DNA from: Sphingomonadales bacterium | Lineage (GTDB): Bacteria; Pseudomonadota; Alphaproteobacteria; Sphingomonadales; Sphingomonadaceae | DNA: 64,000 nucleotides | Assembly (NCBI GenBank): GCA_027483465.1 | Contig: JAIXUQ010000108.1 | Span: 49,178-113,177, forward strand | Direction of reading: 5' to 3' | Shown: positions 8,640-16,782 of the stretch, one piece after another | Numbering within the stretch: the first letter of the stretch is position 1 | Layout: the number at the start of each line of letters is the position of its first letter | Made by a program: the position numbers and the translations under genes | The notes under the pieces: model-generated | Told to the model about the DNA's origin: nothing | Seen by the model: the letters and a program-made list of their open reading frames with translations, nothing else | Databases searched by the model: none

Positions 8640-8789
8640 ATGAAGAAGCTTTTTCTGACAGCCGCAATCCTCCTGGCCAGCAGCACAGCCGCTTATGCCG
8701 CTGAGCCGGGAGCCGTTGCCAAAGCGGCCGCAGCCTGCTGCGACGCAGTCGCTGCATGCTGTGATGCAGCGATGGACTGCTGCGACTAA
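8640..8789 (+). CDS. Small secreted Cys-rich peptide (49 aa; three CCD motifs)
   Basis: Too short for the ORF track. AGGAG lies 6 nt before ATG 8640. It reads MKKLFLTAAILLASSTAAYA|AEPGAVAKAAAACCDAVAACCDAAMDCCD* and has a Sec-type signal with an AYA-A cleavage motif. Six Cys occur in 29 mature residues. Confidence 0.5.
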   Translation: MKKLFLTAAILLASSTAAYAAEPGAVAKAAAACCDAVAACCDAAMDCCD

Positions 8790-8908
8790 GGTGTGAGCCT
8801 CAGGGAAGAGGAGGCGTCGGGTCGAGAGGCTCGGCGCCTCTTTTGTAGTTGCCTTGGGACAGCCTTCAAAGAGGCGCCGAATCTGGCGCCCCTACCGGAC
8901 CCGGCAAA

Positions 8909-8927
8909 GTCTTGCACCGTGCAAGAC
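8909..8927. repeat. 19-bp perfect palindrome GTCTTGCACCGTGCAAGAC (copy 2)
   Basis: Read directly. It lies 120 nt after the Cys-rich peptide stop and 25 nt before the 3' end of the MerR-family gene. It is followed by AATTCGGCC. Confidence 0.9.
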
Positions 8928-8951
8928 AATTCGGCCGTCAAGTCGAGCGAT

Positions 8952-9356
8952 CTAGCGTCCGGGCATCGGCGCCAGAGCCTCGATGATCCGACAGTCGGCG
9001 ACGGCCCCGCCCTTGCAAGAGGTGATCACCGCCTTCAGCTCGCGGCGCAGCGCGGTCAGGTCGGCCAGCTTGCGTTCGACCTCCGCCAGGTGGGTGTGGG
9101 TGATCGCGTCGATGCTGGCGCAGTCGCCTTGACTGTCATCGGAAAGGGCGAGCAGGGCGCGCACCTGTTCGACAGAGAACCCCAGGTCGCGCGCCCGCCG
9201 GATGATCGGCAGCCGCGCCAGCTCCGCCGCGCCATAGCTGGGGTAGTTGCCTTGCGTTCGCGGCGGTGCCGGCAGCAATCCGATGCGCTCATAGTAGCGA
9301 ACGGTTTCGACCTTGGTGCCCGTCGCGCGGGCCAGCTCGCCGATCGTCGTTGCCAT
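8952..9356 (-). CDS. MerR-family heavy-metal-responsive transcriptional regulator
   Basis: 134 aa. The N-terminal HTH TIGELARATGTKVETVRYYERIGLL is present. A dimerisation helix and Cys residues (GDC...SCKGGAVADC) occupy the positions used for metal binding in CueR/CadR/MerR-type sensors. The start shares 1 nt with the stop of the upstream receptor gene (TGATG). Confidence 0.85.
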   Translation of the reverse strand: MATTIGELARATGTKVETVRYYERIGLLPAPPRTQGNYPSYGAAELARLPIIRRARDLGFSVEQVRALLALSDDSQGDCASIDAITHTHLAEVERKLADLTALRRELKAVITSCKGGAVADCRIIEALAPMPGR

Positions 9357-11383
9357 CAGTCATGCTCCTTCTCGCCGCCGAACATCAAGCGGACACCGCC
9401 ATTCAGCACGAACCCGTCCGTCGGCGCCCAGGCATCGACGGTCCAGCGGCCGTCCGGAGCCCGCGATGGCCGCACCAGCGGGTCGAACTTGGTCTGGCGG
9501 ACATTCAGGATGTTTTCGGCGTTGAGGAACAGCCTGAGCGGGCCCAGCACCACCTCCACGAACGCGCCCAGCTCGACATAGGGCTTGCTGACCGAGCGGA
9601 ACGGGTTGTCATCCAACGTCTGACGGCCGGTGTAATAGGCCTCCAGCCCGATGCGGCCGCGGCCGTGTTCTTCCCACATGGCGACGATGCCGGCGGTGTC
9701 ACGCGGCACCCTTGGCACGCGCCGCCGAGCGCCGCCTTCCGGATCGGGCTCGGTCGCATCGACATGGACGTAATTGCCGGTGATGGTGAACGCCTCCCAG
9801 CGGTAGCGTGCCACCAGCTCCACACCGCGTGTCCGTGTGGCGCCGGGGGCGTTGATTAGTCTTACGCGGTCGGGCCCGGCATTCTGCACCTGCACGGCGC
9901 CGTCGATGTCGGACCCGAACAGTGTCGCGCTGGCCGCGAACCCGCCGCTGCGATAGCCGATGTCCAGCGATGCGGTCTGCGCTGTCTCCGCCTGCAACCC
10001 AGTGAGAGGATCGAGGCGCGTCAGGCCGGTCGCCTCAATCTGCTCGACAAAGGGCGTCGGTGCGAAGAAGCCGCGTCCCCAAGAGGCCCGGAACGTCCAG
10101 GGTCCGGGCTTGTAGAGCGCCGAGACGCGCGGGCTGAGGAAGGTACCATATTCGCTGTGCCGGTCGAGCCGAGCACTCGCCGACAGGGTAAGGCGGTCGG
10201 CAATGTCGCCTTCCACCTGGCCGAACAGCCCCGGCACAACAAAATCATAGTCGAAATTGCCGAACTGCTCGGAGTGGTAGCCGTCGTGCTGCACGGCCGC
10301 GCCGGCCAGCCAGTCAACTCCTCCGGCCCTGCCGCTCAACGACAGCTCGCCAATGCTGGTCTCGTGGCGGTCGTCTTCGATCACCTCCCCGAACTGGTGA
10401 GAATGCTTCTGCCGCATCAACGAGCCACGGGCATGAAGGGTCACGGCATTCCCGAGCGGCGTCTCCCCGACCAGCCCTGCGTCGAAGCGCGTGGTGTCGA
10501 GCGCTTCCACGAACGGCCGAACGTCCGGCGCCTTGCGCCCCGGCAACGTGCCGCCGATGCGCTGCTCGGTCATGGCACCCGCGGTCAGCAGCAGCTTGGC
10601 ACCGTTCGATCCTTCAGCAAACAGGCGCGGTCGCACGGTCCAGCGCCGGTAGAAGGGCATGTCCGCCCAGCCATCGCCATCGAGGTCGTTGGCATCCTGC
10701 CGATGAAAGCCGCCGGTGACCGAGACACCGACCGTATCACTCGTCGGCATCGCGGCATAGGCGGTCAGGTCCTGCCCGTCCCTGCTGGTCAGGTTGACCA
10801 GCGCTTCGGCTTCGGCGACATCGGCCGGCCGGCGCGACACGAAGTTGATGACGCCGCCCAGCGCCGACGCGCCGTAGAGAGCCGATGCCGAACCCTTGAT
10901 GACCTCGACCTGGCCAAGGTCGGTCGGCGGTATCTGCAGGATGCCGGCGGACGATGCCTGCCCGCCGTAAAGCGGCAGGCCGTCGGCGAGTAGCTGGGTG
11001 TAACGCCCGTCCATGCCCTGCATGCGGATGTTGGAAGACCCCAGTGATGGCGAGGTGACCTGCACCCGCACGCCCGGCGTTTCGGCGACCAGCATCGCGA
11101 CATTGCCGGGCGTCATGAGGATCTTCTCCTCGATCTCCTCGCGCTCGATCACCTCGACGCGGATCGCCTCGTCGTCGGCACTGCGCCCCGAACGCGTCGC
11201 CTGGACGACGATCTCCTCCTCTGCCTCCTCTACTGGTGCAACCTGGGCCAGCGCCGGAACGGTGCCTAATGCACCTGCAATGCTGGCGACAAGCGTTAGT
11301 TGACGGGCGGCAGCAGGGGAAAACACGGTTCTCAAGAGGTGCTCCAGACAGAATGCTCCGGCGGTCGCAGAGCGTGCTGGCAC
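9356..11383 (-). CDS. TonB-dependent outer-membrane receptor
   Basis: 675-aa ORF. A signal-like ...LTLVASIAGALGTVPALAQ is followed by the plug region EEIVVQATR...GVRVQ...SNIRMQGMDGRYTQLLADGLPLYG and a long beta-barrel-type sequence. The true start is probably TTG 11335 (GGAG 6 nt upstream), because a promoter-like element abuts 11383. Confidence 0.85.
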   Translation of the reverse strand: MPARSATAGAFCLEHLLRTVFSPAAARQLTLVASIAGALGTVPALAQVAPVEEAEEEIVVQATRSGRSADDEAIRVEVIEREEIEEKILMTPGNVAMLVAETPGVRVQVTSPSLGSSNIRMQGMDGRYTQLLADGLPLYGGQASSAGILQIPPTDLGQVEVIKGSASALYGASALGGVINFVSRRPADVAEAEALVNLTSRDGQDLTAYAAMPTSDTVGVSVTGGFHRQDANDLDGDGWADMPFYRRWTVRPRLFAEGSNGAKLLLTAGAMTEQRIGGTLPGRKAPDVRPFVEALDTTRFDAGLVGETPLGNAVTLHARGSLMRQKHSHQFGEVIEDDRHETSIGELSLSGRAGGVDWLAGAAVQHDGYHSEQFGNFDYDFVVPGLFGQVEGDIADRLTLSASARLDRHSEYGTFLSPRVSALYKPGPWTFRASWGRGFFAPTPFVEQIEATGLTRLDPLTGLQAETAQTASLDIGYRSGGFAASATLFGSDIDGAVQVQNAGPDRVRLINAPGATRTRGVELVARYRWEAFTITGNYVHVDATEPDPEGGARRRVPRVPRDTAGIVAMWEEHGRGRIGLEAYYTGRQTLDDNPFRSVSKPYVELGAFVEVVLGPLRLFLNAENILNVRQTKFDPLVRPSRAPDGRWTVDAWAPTDGFVLNGGVRLMFGGEKEHD

Positions 11384-11385
11384 AG

Positions 11386-11416
11386 TTGCTAGACCCTGTA
11401 GCTGCTACGGGGTCAA
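11386..11416 (-). promoter_or_regulatory. MerR-type promoter/operator candidate for the receptor-merR-like operon
   Basis: The minus strand reads TTGACC-ccgtagcagctacagggtc(19)-TAGCAA. The 19-bp spacer is typical of MerR-family promoters. The spacer carries the dyad CCCTGTAGC-T-GCTACGGGG with 1 mismatch. Confidence 0.5.
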
Positions 11417-11466
11417 GAGCCTGCTGACTGTTGGCGATCTCTTCGAGCTGAGCCCGGCGGCCCCTC

Positions 11467-11497
11467 TTGACCCTGTAGTGACTAGAAGGTGCACAAC
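11467..11497 (+). promoter_or_regulatory. Second, divergent MerR-type promoter/operator candidate
   Basis: TTGACC-ctgtagtgactagaaggtg(19)-CACAAC. It resembles, from memory, the PbrR/CadR-type operator TTGACTCTATAGTAACTAGAGGGTG. The -10 is weak. It lies 33 nt upstream of TTG 11530. Confidence 0.4.
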
Positions 11498-11529
11498 GCT
11501 CGCACAGCCTGCGAATCAGGGAGCATGTC

Positions 11530-12369
11530 TTGCGCGTTCGATTGTCGACGAAACTGCCGATCACGGCAGACGAGGCCGCAGCGCTGGTCGCCACGCCGGC
11601 GCTGCTGAACCACATAGCCGCGCCCCTGCTCCGGTTCATGGCCCTCGACCCGACTGTTTTACCCGAGGTTCGGGCCGAACGCCGCTATCATGTCCGTGTG
11701 CTACTCGGCGGGGTGCTGCCGCTTGGCCGCCAGTGGATCGACATCTCGCGTCACGACGCCCAGGACGGTGGCTTTCGGATGCGCGATAACGGCTCAGGCG
11801 ATCTGGCGCGCCGCTGGGATCACTGGATCACCATCACACCCGACAACGCCGGCGGCTGCACTTACACGGACGATGTCGAGGTCGACGCAGGGCTACTAAC
11901 CCCGTTCGTCTGGAGCTTCGCAAGGCTGTTCTATGCGCATCGGCAGCGGCGGTGGCGCGCGCTTGCGGCCAAAGGCAGTGTGGGGGCGAACGAGCTGGCG
12001 CGGCGCGCGGCCTGGCACCTGCGTCTCAATGTTGAGCTTGCTGCGTTCCGAGCGGCGCGCGAGCGCGGCGACGTACTTTCGCAGTGGCAGTCACTGGAGC
12101 GCGCGCATATCCTTTCCCAGATCGAGGTGCGGCCACACCTGCATGCGCACTGGCTTATGCTCGGCCTTTCTGTAAGGCTTGGCGGCGGCTGGGAGAACAT
12201 CGGTCAGCTTGTCCGGCTCGTGCTGGCGCCGCTTGGATCGCTGTCGGGCCGCATTCCGTGGGGCAACACCGGCCGCTCCACGGTAAGCGCGTTTACGCCC
12301 ATGCCCATCCCTGCCGATTTGCGCGATGTGCTCCCACCTACGATCGTCAAGCTGCCGGACCCGCTCTGA
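11530..12369 (+). CDS. Hypothetical protein; N-terminal SRPBCC/START-like region fused to a C-terminal DUF3703-like His-rich helical region
   Basis: 279 aa. GGGAG lies 6 nt before TTG 11530. The N-terminal half has the general look of SRPBCC ligand-binding proteins. The C-terminal ERAHILSQIEVRPHLHAHWLMLG resembles DUF3703. Both assignments are from memory and are weak. Confidence 0.45.
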   Translation: MRVRLSTKLPITADEAAALVATPALLNHIAAPLLRFMALDPTVLPEVRAERRYHVRVLLGGVLPLGRQWIDISRHDAQDGGFRMRDNGSGDLARRWDHWITITPDNAGGCTYTDDVEVDAGLLTPFVWSFARLFYAHRQRRWRALAAKGSVGANELARRAAWHLRLNVELAAFRAARERGDVLSQWQSLERAHILSQIEVRPHLHAHWLMLGLSVRLGGGWENIGQLVRLVLAPLGSLSGRIPWGNTGRSTVSAFTPMPIPADLRDVLPPTIVKLPDPL

Positions 12370-12406
12370 ACGTCAGCCGCTCAAGGGTGCCCTGGAGGGC
12401 GGACAG

Positions 12407-12425
12407 CTCTTGCACCGTGCAAGTC
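12407..12425. repeat. Palindrome copy 3: CTCTTGCACCGTGCAAGTC (15-bp core perfect)
   Basis: Read directly. It lies 38 nt after the stop at 12369 and upstream of arsR. It is followed by AATTCGATG. Confidence 0.9.
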
Positions 12426-12509
12426 AATTCGATGATTGCAGAAACATCGAGACATTTTGCCGCGAAGCTGATATTTCGACGTGCATCGAATCGTCGACGG
12501 GAGTTCCAA

Positions 12510-12869
12510 GTGGATCAGCCTCGTGCCGTTGCCGCGCTCGCAGCGCTCGCCCAAGATACCCGACTAGCCGTCTTCCGGCTGCTCGTGCGCGCAGGCCCGG
12601 ACGGAATGATCGCTGGCGCCATTGCTGAGCACATTGGCACCCCCGGATCGACGATGTCCCATCACCTCGCAACGCTGGAGCGTGCCGGCCTTGTTGTCTC
12701 CGGGCGGGAGAGCCGGCTGATCCGCTACACCGCAAACTTTGAAGGCATGCGCGGCCTGCTCGGCTTCCTCATGGCAGACTGTTGCCAGGGCAATCCCGCG
12801 CTTTGCGACAATTTGCTGGCCGTCGCCGCCTGCCAACCTGCCCTCGCCGCAACCCATGGGAACGTCTGA
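12510..12869 (+). CDS. arsR: ArsR/SmtB-family arsenite-responsive repressor
   Basis: AALAQDTRLAVFRLL...STMSHHLATLERAGLV is the ArsR winged HTH. The C-terminal CCQGNPALC (CC-x6-C) resembles the C-terminal As(III) site type described for Acidithiobacillus ArsR. GTG 12510 with GGGAG upstream gives 119 aa; ATG 12432 is the alternative start. The stop overlaps the arsC ATG. Confidence 0.8.
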   Translation: MDQPRAVAALAALAQDTRLAVFRLLVRAGPDGMIAGAIAEHIGTPGSTMSHHLATLERAGLVVSGRESRLIRYTANFEGMRGLLGFLMADCCQGNPALCDNLLAVAACQPALAATHGNV

Positions 12870-13297
12870 TGCCGACCGACATCATCATCTATCACAACCC
12901 GGAGTGCGGCACCTCGCGCAACACGCTGGCGATGATCCGCAATGCCGGCATCGAGCCGCATGTCGTCGAGTATCTGAGGACGCCGCCGTCGCGGGTAATG
13001 CTAGTTGATCTGATCACTCGGGCCGGCCTGACGCCTCGTCAACTTCTCCGCGAAAAGGGCACCCCTTTTGCTGATCTTGGGCTTGGCGACGACAGCCTGA
13101 GCGATGACGCGCTCATTGACGCGATGTTGGCGCATCCGATCCTGATCAATCGACCGATTGTGGTCTCGCCGCTCGGTGTCCGACTTTGCCGTCCGTCCGA
13201 AGTGGTGCTCGACCTGCTGCCGTCGCCCCAGCTTGGGGCCTTTGCCAAGGAAGATGGCGAGCAGGTGATCAACGATGCAGGTCGGCGGCTTGACTGA
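12869..13297 (+). CDS. arsC: Arsenate reductase, glutaredoxin-coupled (R773 ArsC type)
   Basis: 142 aa starting [27 protein letters not shown]-x-CGTSRN is the catalytic Cys loop of Grx-type ArsC. TGATG overlap with arsR. Confidence 0.9.
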   Translation: MPTDIIIYHNPECGTSRNTLAMIRNAGIEPHVVEYLRTPPSRVMLVDLITRAGLTPRQLLREKGTPFADLGLGDDSLSDDALIDAMLAHPILINRPIVVSPLGVRLCRPSEVVLDLLPSPQLGAFAKEDGEQVINDAGRRLD

Positions 13298-13322
13298 AGC
13301 CTCGGCACAGCAAGGACAATCT

Positions 13323-14393
13323 ATGCACGCTCCGGCTAAGCCCGAACGCCTGTCGTTCCTCGACCGCAACCTGACGCTGTGGATCTTTGCGGCCATGGCG
13401 CTGGGCATCGGCCTAGGGACCCTGTTTACCGGCTTGCCGGCGGCGCTCGAACGCCTGTCGTTGGGCACGACCAATGTTCCAATCGCCATCGGTCTCATCC
13501 TGATGATGTACCCGCCGCTCGCGCGCGTTCGCTATGAGGAACTGCCGGCGGTATTCGCCGACAAGCGCATCCTCGCCATCTCGCTGATCCAGAACTGGCT
13601 GATCGGCCCGGTGCTGATGTTCGCTCTGGCCGTCATCTTCCTGCGCGACCAGCCTGAATACATGACCGGTCTGATCCTTATCGGTCTCGCACGCTGCATC
13701 GCCATGGTGCTGGTCTGGAACCAGCTCGCCAAGGGCGACAACCAGTATGTGGCCGGGCTGGTAGCGTTCAACTCGATCTTCCAGGTGCTTTTCTTTAGCG
13801 TCTACGCCTGGTTCTTCCTGTCGGTGCTGCCGCCGCTGTTCGGCCTGCAAGGCAGCGTCGTCGACGTCAGCTTCTGGACGATCGCGGAGGCGGTGCTGAT
13901 TTACCTCGGTGTGCCGTTCCTTGTAGGCTTCCTGACCCGGCGCAGCCTGGTCGCCCGCAATGGCTCCGACTGGTATGAGCGCGAGTTCCTGCCGCGCATC
14001 GGGCCGATCACGCTAGTTTCACTACTGTTCACCATCGTCGCCATGTTCAGCCTGAAAGGGGGCGATGTCGTACGGCTGCCGTTCGATGCGCTGCGCATCG
14101 CTATCCCGCTGACGATATACTTCTTCGTCCAGTTTCTGATCAGCTTCTGGATGGGCAAGCTGATCGCGGCCGACTATCCGCGCACCACCGCCGTTGCCTT
14201 CACCGCGGCCGGCAACAACTTCGAGCTGGCCATTGCCGTTGCCATCGCAGCGTTCGGGCTCGCATCGCCGGTTGCCTTTGCCGCCGTCGTCGGACCATTG
14301 GTTGAAGTGCCGGTGCTGGTACTGCTGGTTTCAGTGGCGCTCCGGCTTGGCCGGCGCTGGTTTCCGGCTACGGCGCCGGGGGCGACACGCTGA
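13323..14393 (+). CDS. acr3: ACR3-family arsenite efflux permease
   Basis: 356 aa from ATG 13323. A polytopic membrane protein with [14 protein letters not shown]...[14 protein letters not shown]...GLARCIAMV. The R-C-I-A-M-V motif is typical of ACR3. Confidence 0.9.
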   Translation: MHAPAKPERLSFLDRNLTLWIFAAMALGIGLGTLFTGLPAALERLSLGTTNVPIAIGLILMMYPPLARVRYEELPAVFADKRILAISLIQNWLIGPVLMFALAVIFLRDQPEYMTGLILIGLARCIAMVLVWNQLAKGDNQYVAGLVAFNSIFQVLFFSVYAWFFLSVLPPLFGLQGSVVDVSFWTIAEAVLIYLGVPFLVGFLTRRSLVARNGSDWYEREFLPRIGPITLVSLLFTIVAMFSLKGGDVVRLPFDALRIAIPLTIYFFVQFLISFWMGKLIAADYPRTTAVAFTAAGNNFELAIAVAIAAFGLASPVAFAAVVGPLVEVPVLVLLVSVALRLGRRWFPATAPGATR

Positions 14394-15139
14394 TGGATCG
14401 CCTGCGCACCCTCGTCGATCCCGGTCACCTGCCGGCGCTTGATCCGGCCTTCGTGCACCGGCGCCCGGCCCTGGGGCTTGGGCCGGACAATCCGCCGCCG
14501 CGCATCCTGCTGCTTTATGGCTCGCTCCGTGAGCGCTCCTACTCGCGGCTCTGTGTCGAGGAAGCAGCGCGGCTGCTGCAATTCTTCGGCTGCGAGACCC
14601 GGATCTTCGATCCGTCCGACCTGCCGCTGCCCGATCAGGTTGCCAACGACGATCACCCGGCAGTCGCCGAGCTTCGCGCGCATTCGATGTGGTCGGAAGG
14701 CCATGTCTGGTGCAGCCCGGAACGTCATGGCCAGGTAACCGGCATCATGAAGACGCAAATCGACCATCTGCCGCTGAGCTATGGCGGGATGCGACCGACG
14801 CAGGGGCGCACGTTGGCGGTAATGCAGGTGTCGGCCGGCTCGCAATCGTTCAACAGCGTCAACACGCTGCGCGTCCTCGGGCGGTGGATGCGGATGTTTA
14901 CCATCCCCAACCAGTCGAGCGTCGCCAAGGCGTTTGCCGAGTTCGACGACGCCGGACGTATGAAGCCGTCGGCTTATTATGACCGCATTATCGATGTGAT
15001 GGAGGAGCTGGTGCGGTTCACGGTGCTGCTGCGTCCGCATGCGGCGCAGCTGGTCGATCGTTATTCGGAACGCAAAGAAACCGCGGTGGCGTTAGATCCA
15101 GCGCGCCATCTTTCGACGATCGCGACAAAAGGTAAGTAG
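14393..15139 (+). CDS. arsH: ArsH, NADPH-dependent FMN reductase family
   Basis: 248 aa. [17 protein letters not shown]...[22 protein letters not shown] is the characteristic ArsH core. The ATG overlaps the acr3 stop. Confidence 0.9.
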   Translation: MDRLRTLVDPGHLPALDPAFVHRRPALGLGPDNPPPRILLLYGSLRERSYSRLCVEEAARLLQFFGCETRIFDPSDLPLPDQVANDDHPAVAELRAHSMWSEGHVWCSPERHGQVTGIMKTQIDHLPLSYGGMRPTQGRTLAVMQVSAGSQSFNSVNTLRVLGRWMRMFTIPNQSSVAKAFAEFDDAGRMKPSAYYDRIIDVMEELVRFTVLLRPHAAQLVDRYSERKETAVALDPARHLSTIATKGK

Positions 15140-15155
15140 CAGGGGCAAGGCGACG

Positions 15156-15174
15156 GGCTTGCACCGTGCAAGAC
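15156..15174. repeat. Palindrome copy 4: GGCTTGCACCGTGCAAGAC (15-bp core perfect)
   Basis: Read directly. It lies 17 nt after the arsH stop and 82 nt from the 3' end of merR. It is followed by CCCTCGGCC. Confidence 0.9.
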
Positions 15175-15255
15175 CCCTCGGCCCAAGAACGCCTGCACGG
15201 TCGGATTGTATTGCGATAGTCGGCGTAGGCCATAGCCACTAAACTACGAACCCAA

Positions 15256-15711
15256 CTAAAGTAGGGAACGCGCTGATGGATCCGCAGGCGGCTGCCCGTT
15301 GTCGTGCAGCGCGTCCATAATCGGGCAAACCGGCGCGTCTCCGCCTCCGCACTGATCCGATATTGCAGCAAGCGACTGTTCGAGGCGGCGAAGATCCCTG
15401 ATTCGATTGCGCACGTCCTGAAGGTGGCGTTCGGTTAGCGCGAGAATGTTGCCGCAGGTGTAATCGTGAGATTGCGCGAGATTGGCGAGACTGCGCACAT
15501 CCTCGACCGAGAAGCCCAGCTCCCGCGCGCGTAGGATAAAACCAAGTCGGGCCTGATCGTCTTTGGAATACAGACGATGCCCGCTTGCGGTGCGGCCGGG
15601 CGGGCGCATCAAGCCAATATTCTCATAGTACCGGATCGTCTCGATATTGCAGCCGTGGTGCCTTGCGAGCGCGCCCCGCTTCAGCCCGTCCACGCCACCT
15701 GGGACTGCCAT
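15256..15711 (-). CDS. merR: MerR, Hg(II)-responsive transcriptional regulator
   Basis: The HTH is GALARHHGCNIETIRYYENIGLM. Cys occurs in YTCGN and in CGGGDAPVC (C-x8-C), as in the MerR metal site. ATG 15711 is preferred because the longer ORF (to 15762) would run through the mer operator. Confidence 0.85.
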   Translation of the reverse strand: MAVPGGVDGLKRGALARHHGCNIETIRYYENIGLMRPPGRTASGHRLYSKDDQARLGFILRARELGFSVEDVRSLANLAQSHDYTCGNILALTERHLQDVRNRIRDLRRLEQSLAAISDQCGGGDAPVCPIMDALHDNGQPPADPSARSLL

Positions 15712-15722
15712 AAAATCACCCC

Positions 15723-15753
15723 TTGCACCTGTAGCTACTACAGAGGCTACAGT
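15723..15753 (+). promoter_or_regulatory. mer operator/promoter (PmerT) with 19-bp spacer
   Basis: TTGCAC-ctgtagctactacagaggc(19)-TACAGT. The dyad CTGTAG-CTA-CTACAG (15729-15743) lies inside the spacer. It sits between divergent merR and merT, as in classical mer operons. Confidence 0.6.
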
Positions 15754-15784
15754 GAGCTTCACATGGAAGCGAGAGTGGAGTGCA

Positions 15785-16180
15785 ATGTCCGGAACGCGGA
15801 TTCAGGATAGCCCGGCGATGATGATGCAAGGAGGCCGCCGCGGCGCAGGCCTTTGGGCGGCGGGCGGCGTTGTCGGCGCACTGCTTGCATCCTCCTGCTG
15901 CATCGGTCCGCTCGTCCTTGTAATGCTCGGGGTGTCGGGTGCCTGGATCGGAAATCTGTCCGCCCTCGAACGCTACAACCCCTACTTTTTCGCGATCACG
16001 CTCGTCCTTTTGGCCGGCGGCTTCTGGCACGTCTATGTTCGGCGGCAGCCGGTTTGCGACGATGGCAGCTTCTGCGCCCGGCCGGCATCATCGCGCATCA
16101 CCAAATCGGCCCTGTGGGTCGGCACTGTCCTGATTGTGCTTGCCATGACGTTGAAGTGGTGGGCGCCGCTGTTCTACTAG
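15785..16180 (+). CDS. merT: MerT mercuric ion transport protein
   Basis: 131 aa from ATG 15785 (GGAG upstream). The first TM helix has the CC pair (LLASSCCIGPLVLV) and a second Cys pair region (PVCDDGSFC) is present. Alternative Met starts lie a few codons downstream. Confidence 0.85.
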   Translation: MSGTRIQDSPAMMMQGGRRGAGLWAAGGVVGALLASSCCIGPLVLVMLGVSGAWIGNLSALERYNPYFFAITLVLLAGGFWHVYVRRQPVCDDGSFCARPASSRITKSALWVGTVLIVLAMTLKWWAPLFY

Positions 16181-16189
16181 GAGACATAC

Positions 16190-16513
16190 ATGAGACTCGA
16201 TCTGAAGGCTGCCGCTGCGCTGATTGCCGGCATCGCAGGAGCCGGCATTGTTGCAACCGTCCCGGCGGCGCTTGCCATGGCGGCGCCGGCCATTGTGCGG
16301 ACCAGCGTGTTCGCCGTCAGCAAGATGACGTGTGCGACGTGTCCGATTGCAGTGAAGACGGCGATGAGCCGCGTCGCCGGCGTCAAGCAGGTCAAGGTGA
16401 ACTTCGAGGCAAAGACAGCGACCGTGACCTATGATCCGGCGATAGCAAAACCCGTCACAATCGCGATGGCATCGACCGATATCGGATTTCCAGCGCAACC
16501 GGTCGCCCGGTGA
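16190..16513 (+). CDS. merP: MerP periplasmic mercury-binding protein
   Basis: 107 aa. A signal peptide is followed by the heavy-metal-associated motif KMTCATCP (GMTCxxC type). Confidence 0.9.
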   Translation: MRLDLKAAAALIAGIAGAGIVATVPAALAMAAPAIVRTSVFAVSKMTCATCPIAVKTAMSRVAGVKQVKVNFEAKTATVTYDPAIAKPVTIAMASTDIGFPAQPVAR

Positions 16514-16548
16514 CTGCTGTTCTTCCCGGCAGCCCCAAGACTTTTGCC

Positions 16549-16767
16549 ATGGAACTCATGTCCACGCTTACCTGCCCACATTGTGCGCACGCTGAAACTG
16601 AGACCATGCCCACCAATGCATGTCAGTTTTTCTATGACTGCAAAGGCTGCGGGGTAATGCTTCGCCCGAAGTCGGGGGACTGTTGTGTGTTCTGCTCCTT
16701 CGGCGACGTGCCCTGTCCGCCGATCCAGGAAGCCCGCGCGCTTGCAACCACTTCCTGCTGCCAGTAA
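16549..16767 (+). CDS. GDCCVxC-motif small Cys-rich protein (mer-associated)
   Basis: MELMSTLTCPHCAH...ACQFFYDCKGCG...SGDCCVFCSFGDVPCPP. The CPxC, CxGC and GDCCVFC pattern matches the GDCCVxC family as I remember it. The ORF track starts at GTG 16510 (overlapping merP), but the homolog-like length favours ATG 16549. Confidence 0.6.
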   Translation: MELMSTLTCPHCAHAETETMPTNACQFFYDCKGCGVMLRPKSGDCCVFCSFGDVPCPPIQEARALATTSCCQ

Positions 16768-16782
16768 GGCTGAAGGAGCTGC

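Noticed and set aside
8793-9581. 262-aa plus-strand ORF
   Set aside because: It is antisense to the MerR-family gene and the end of the receptor gene, and it spans palindrome copy 2.
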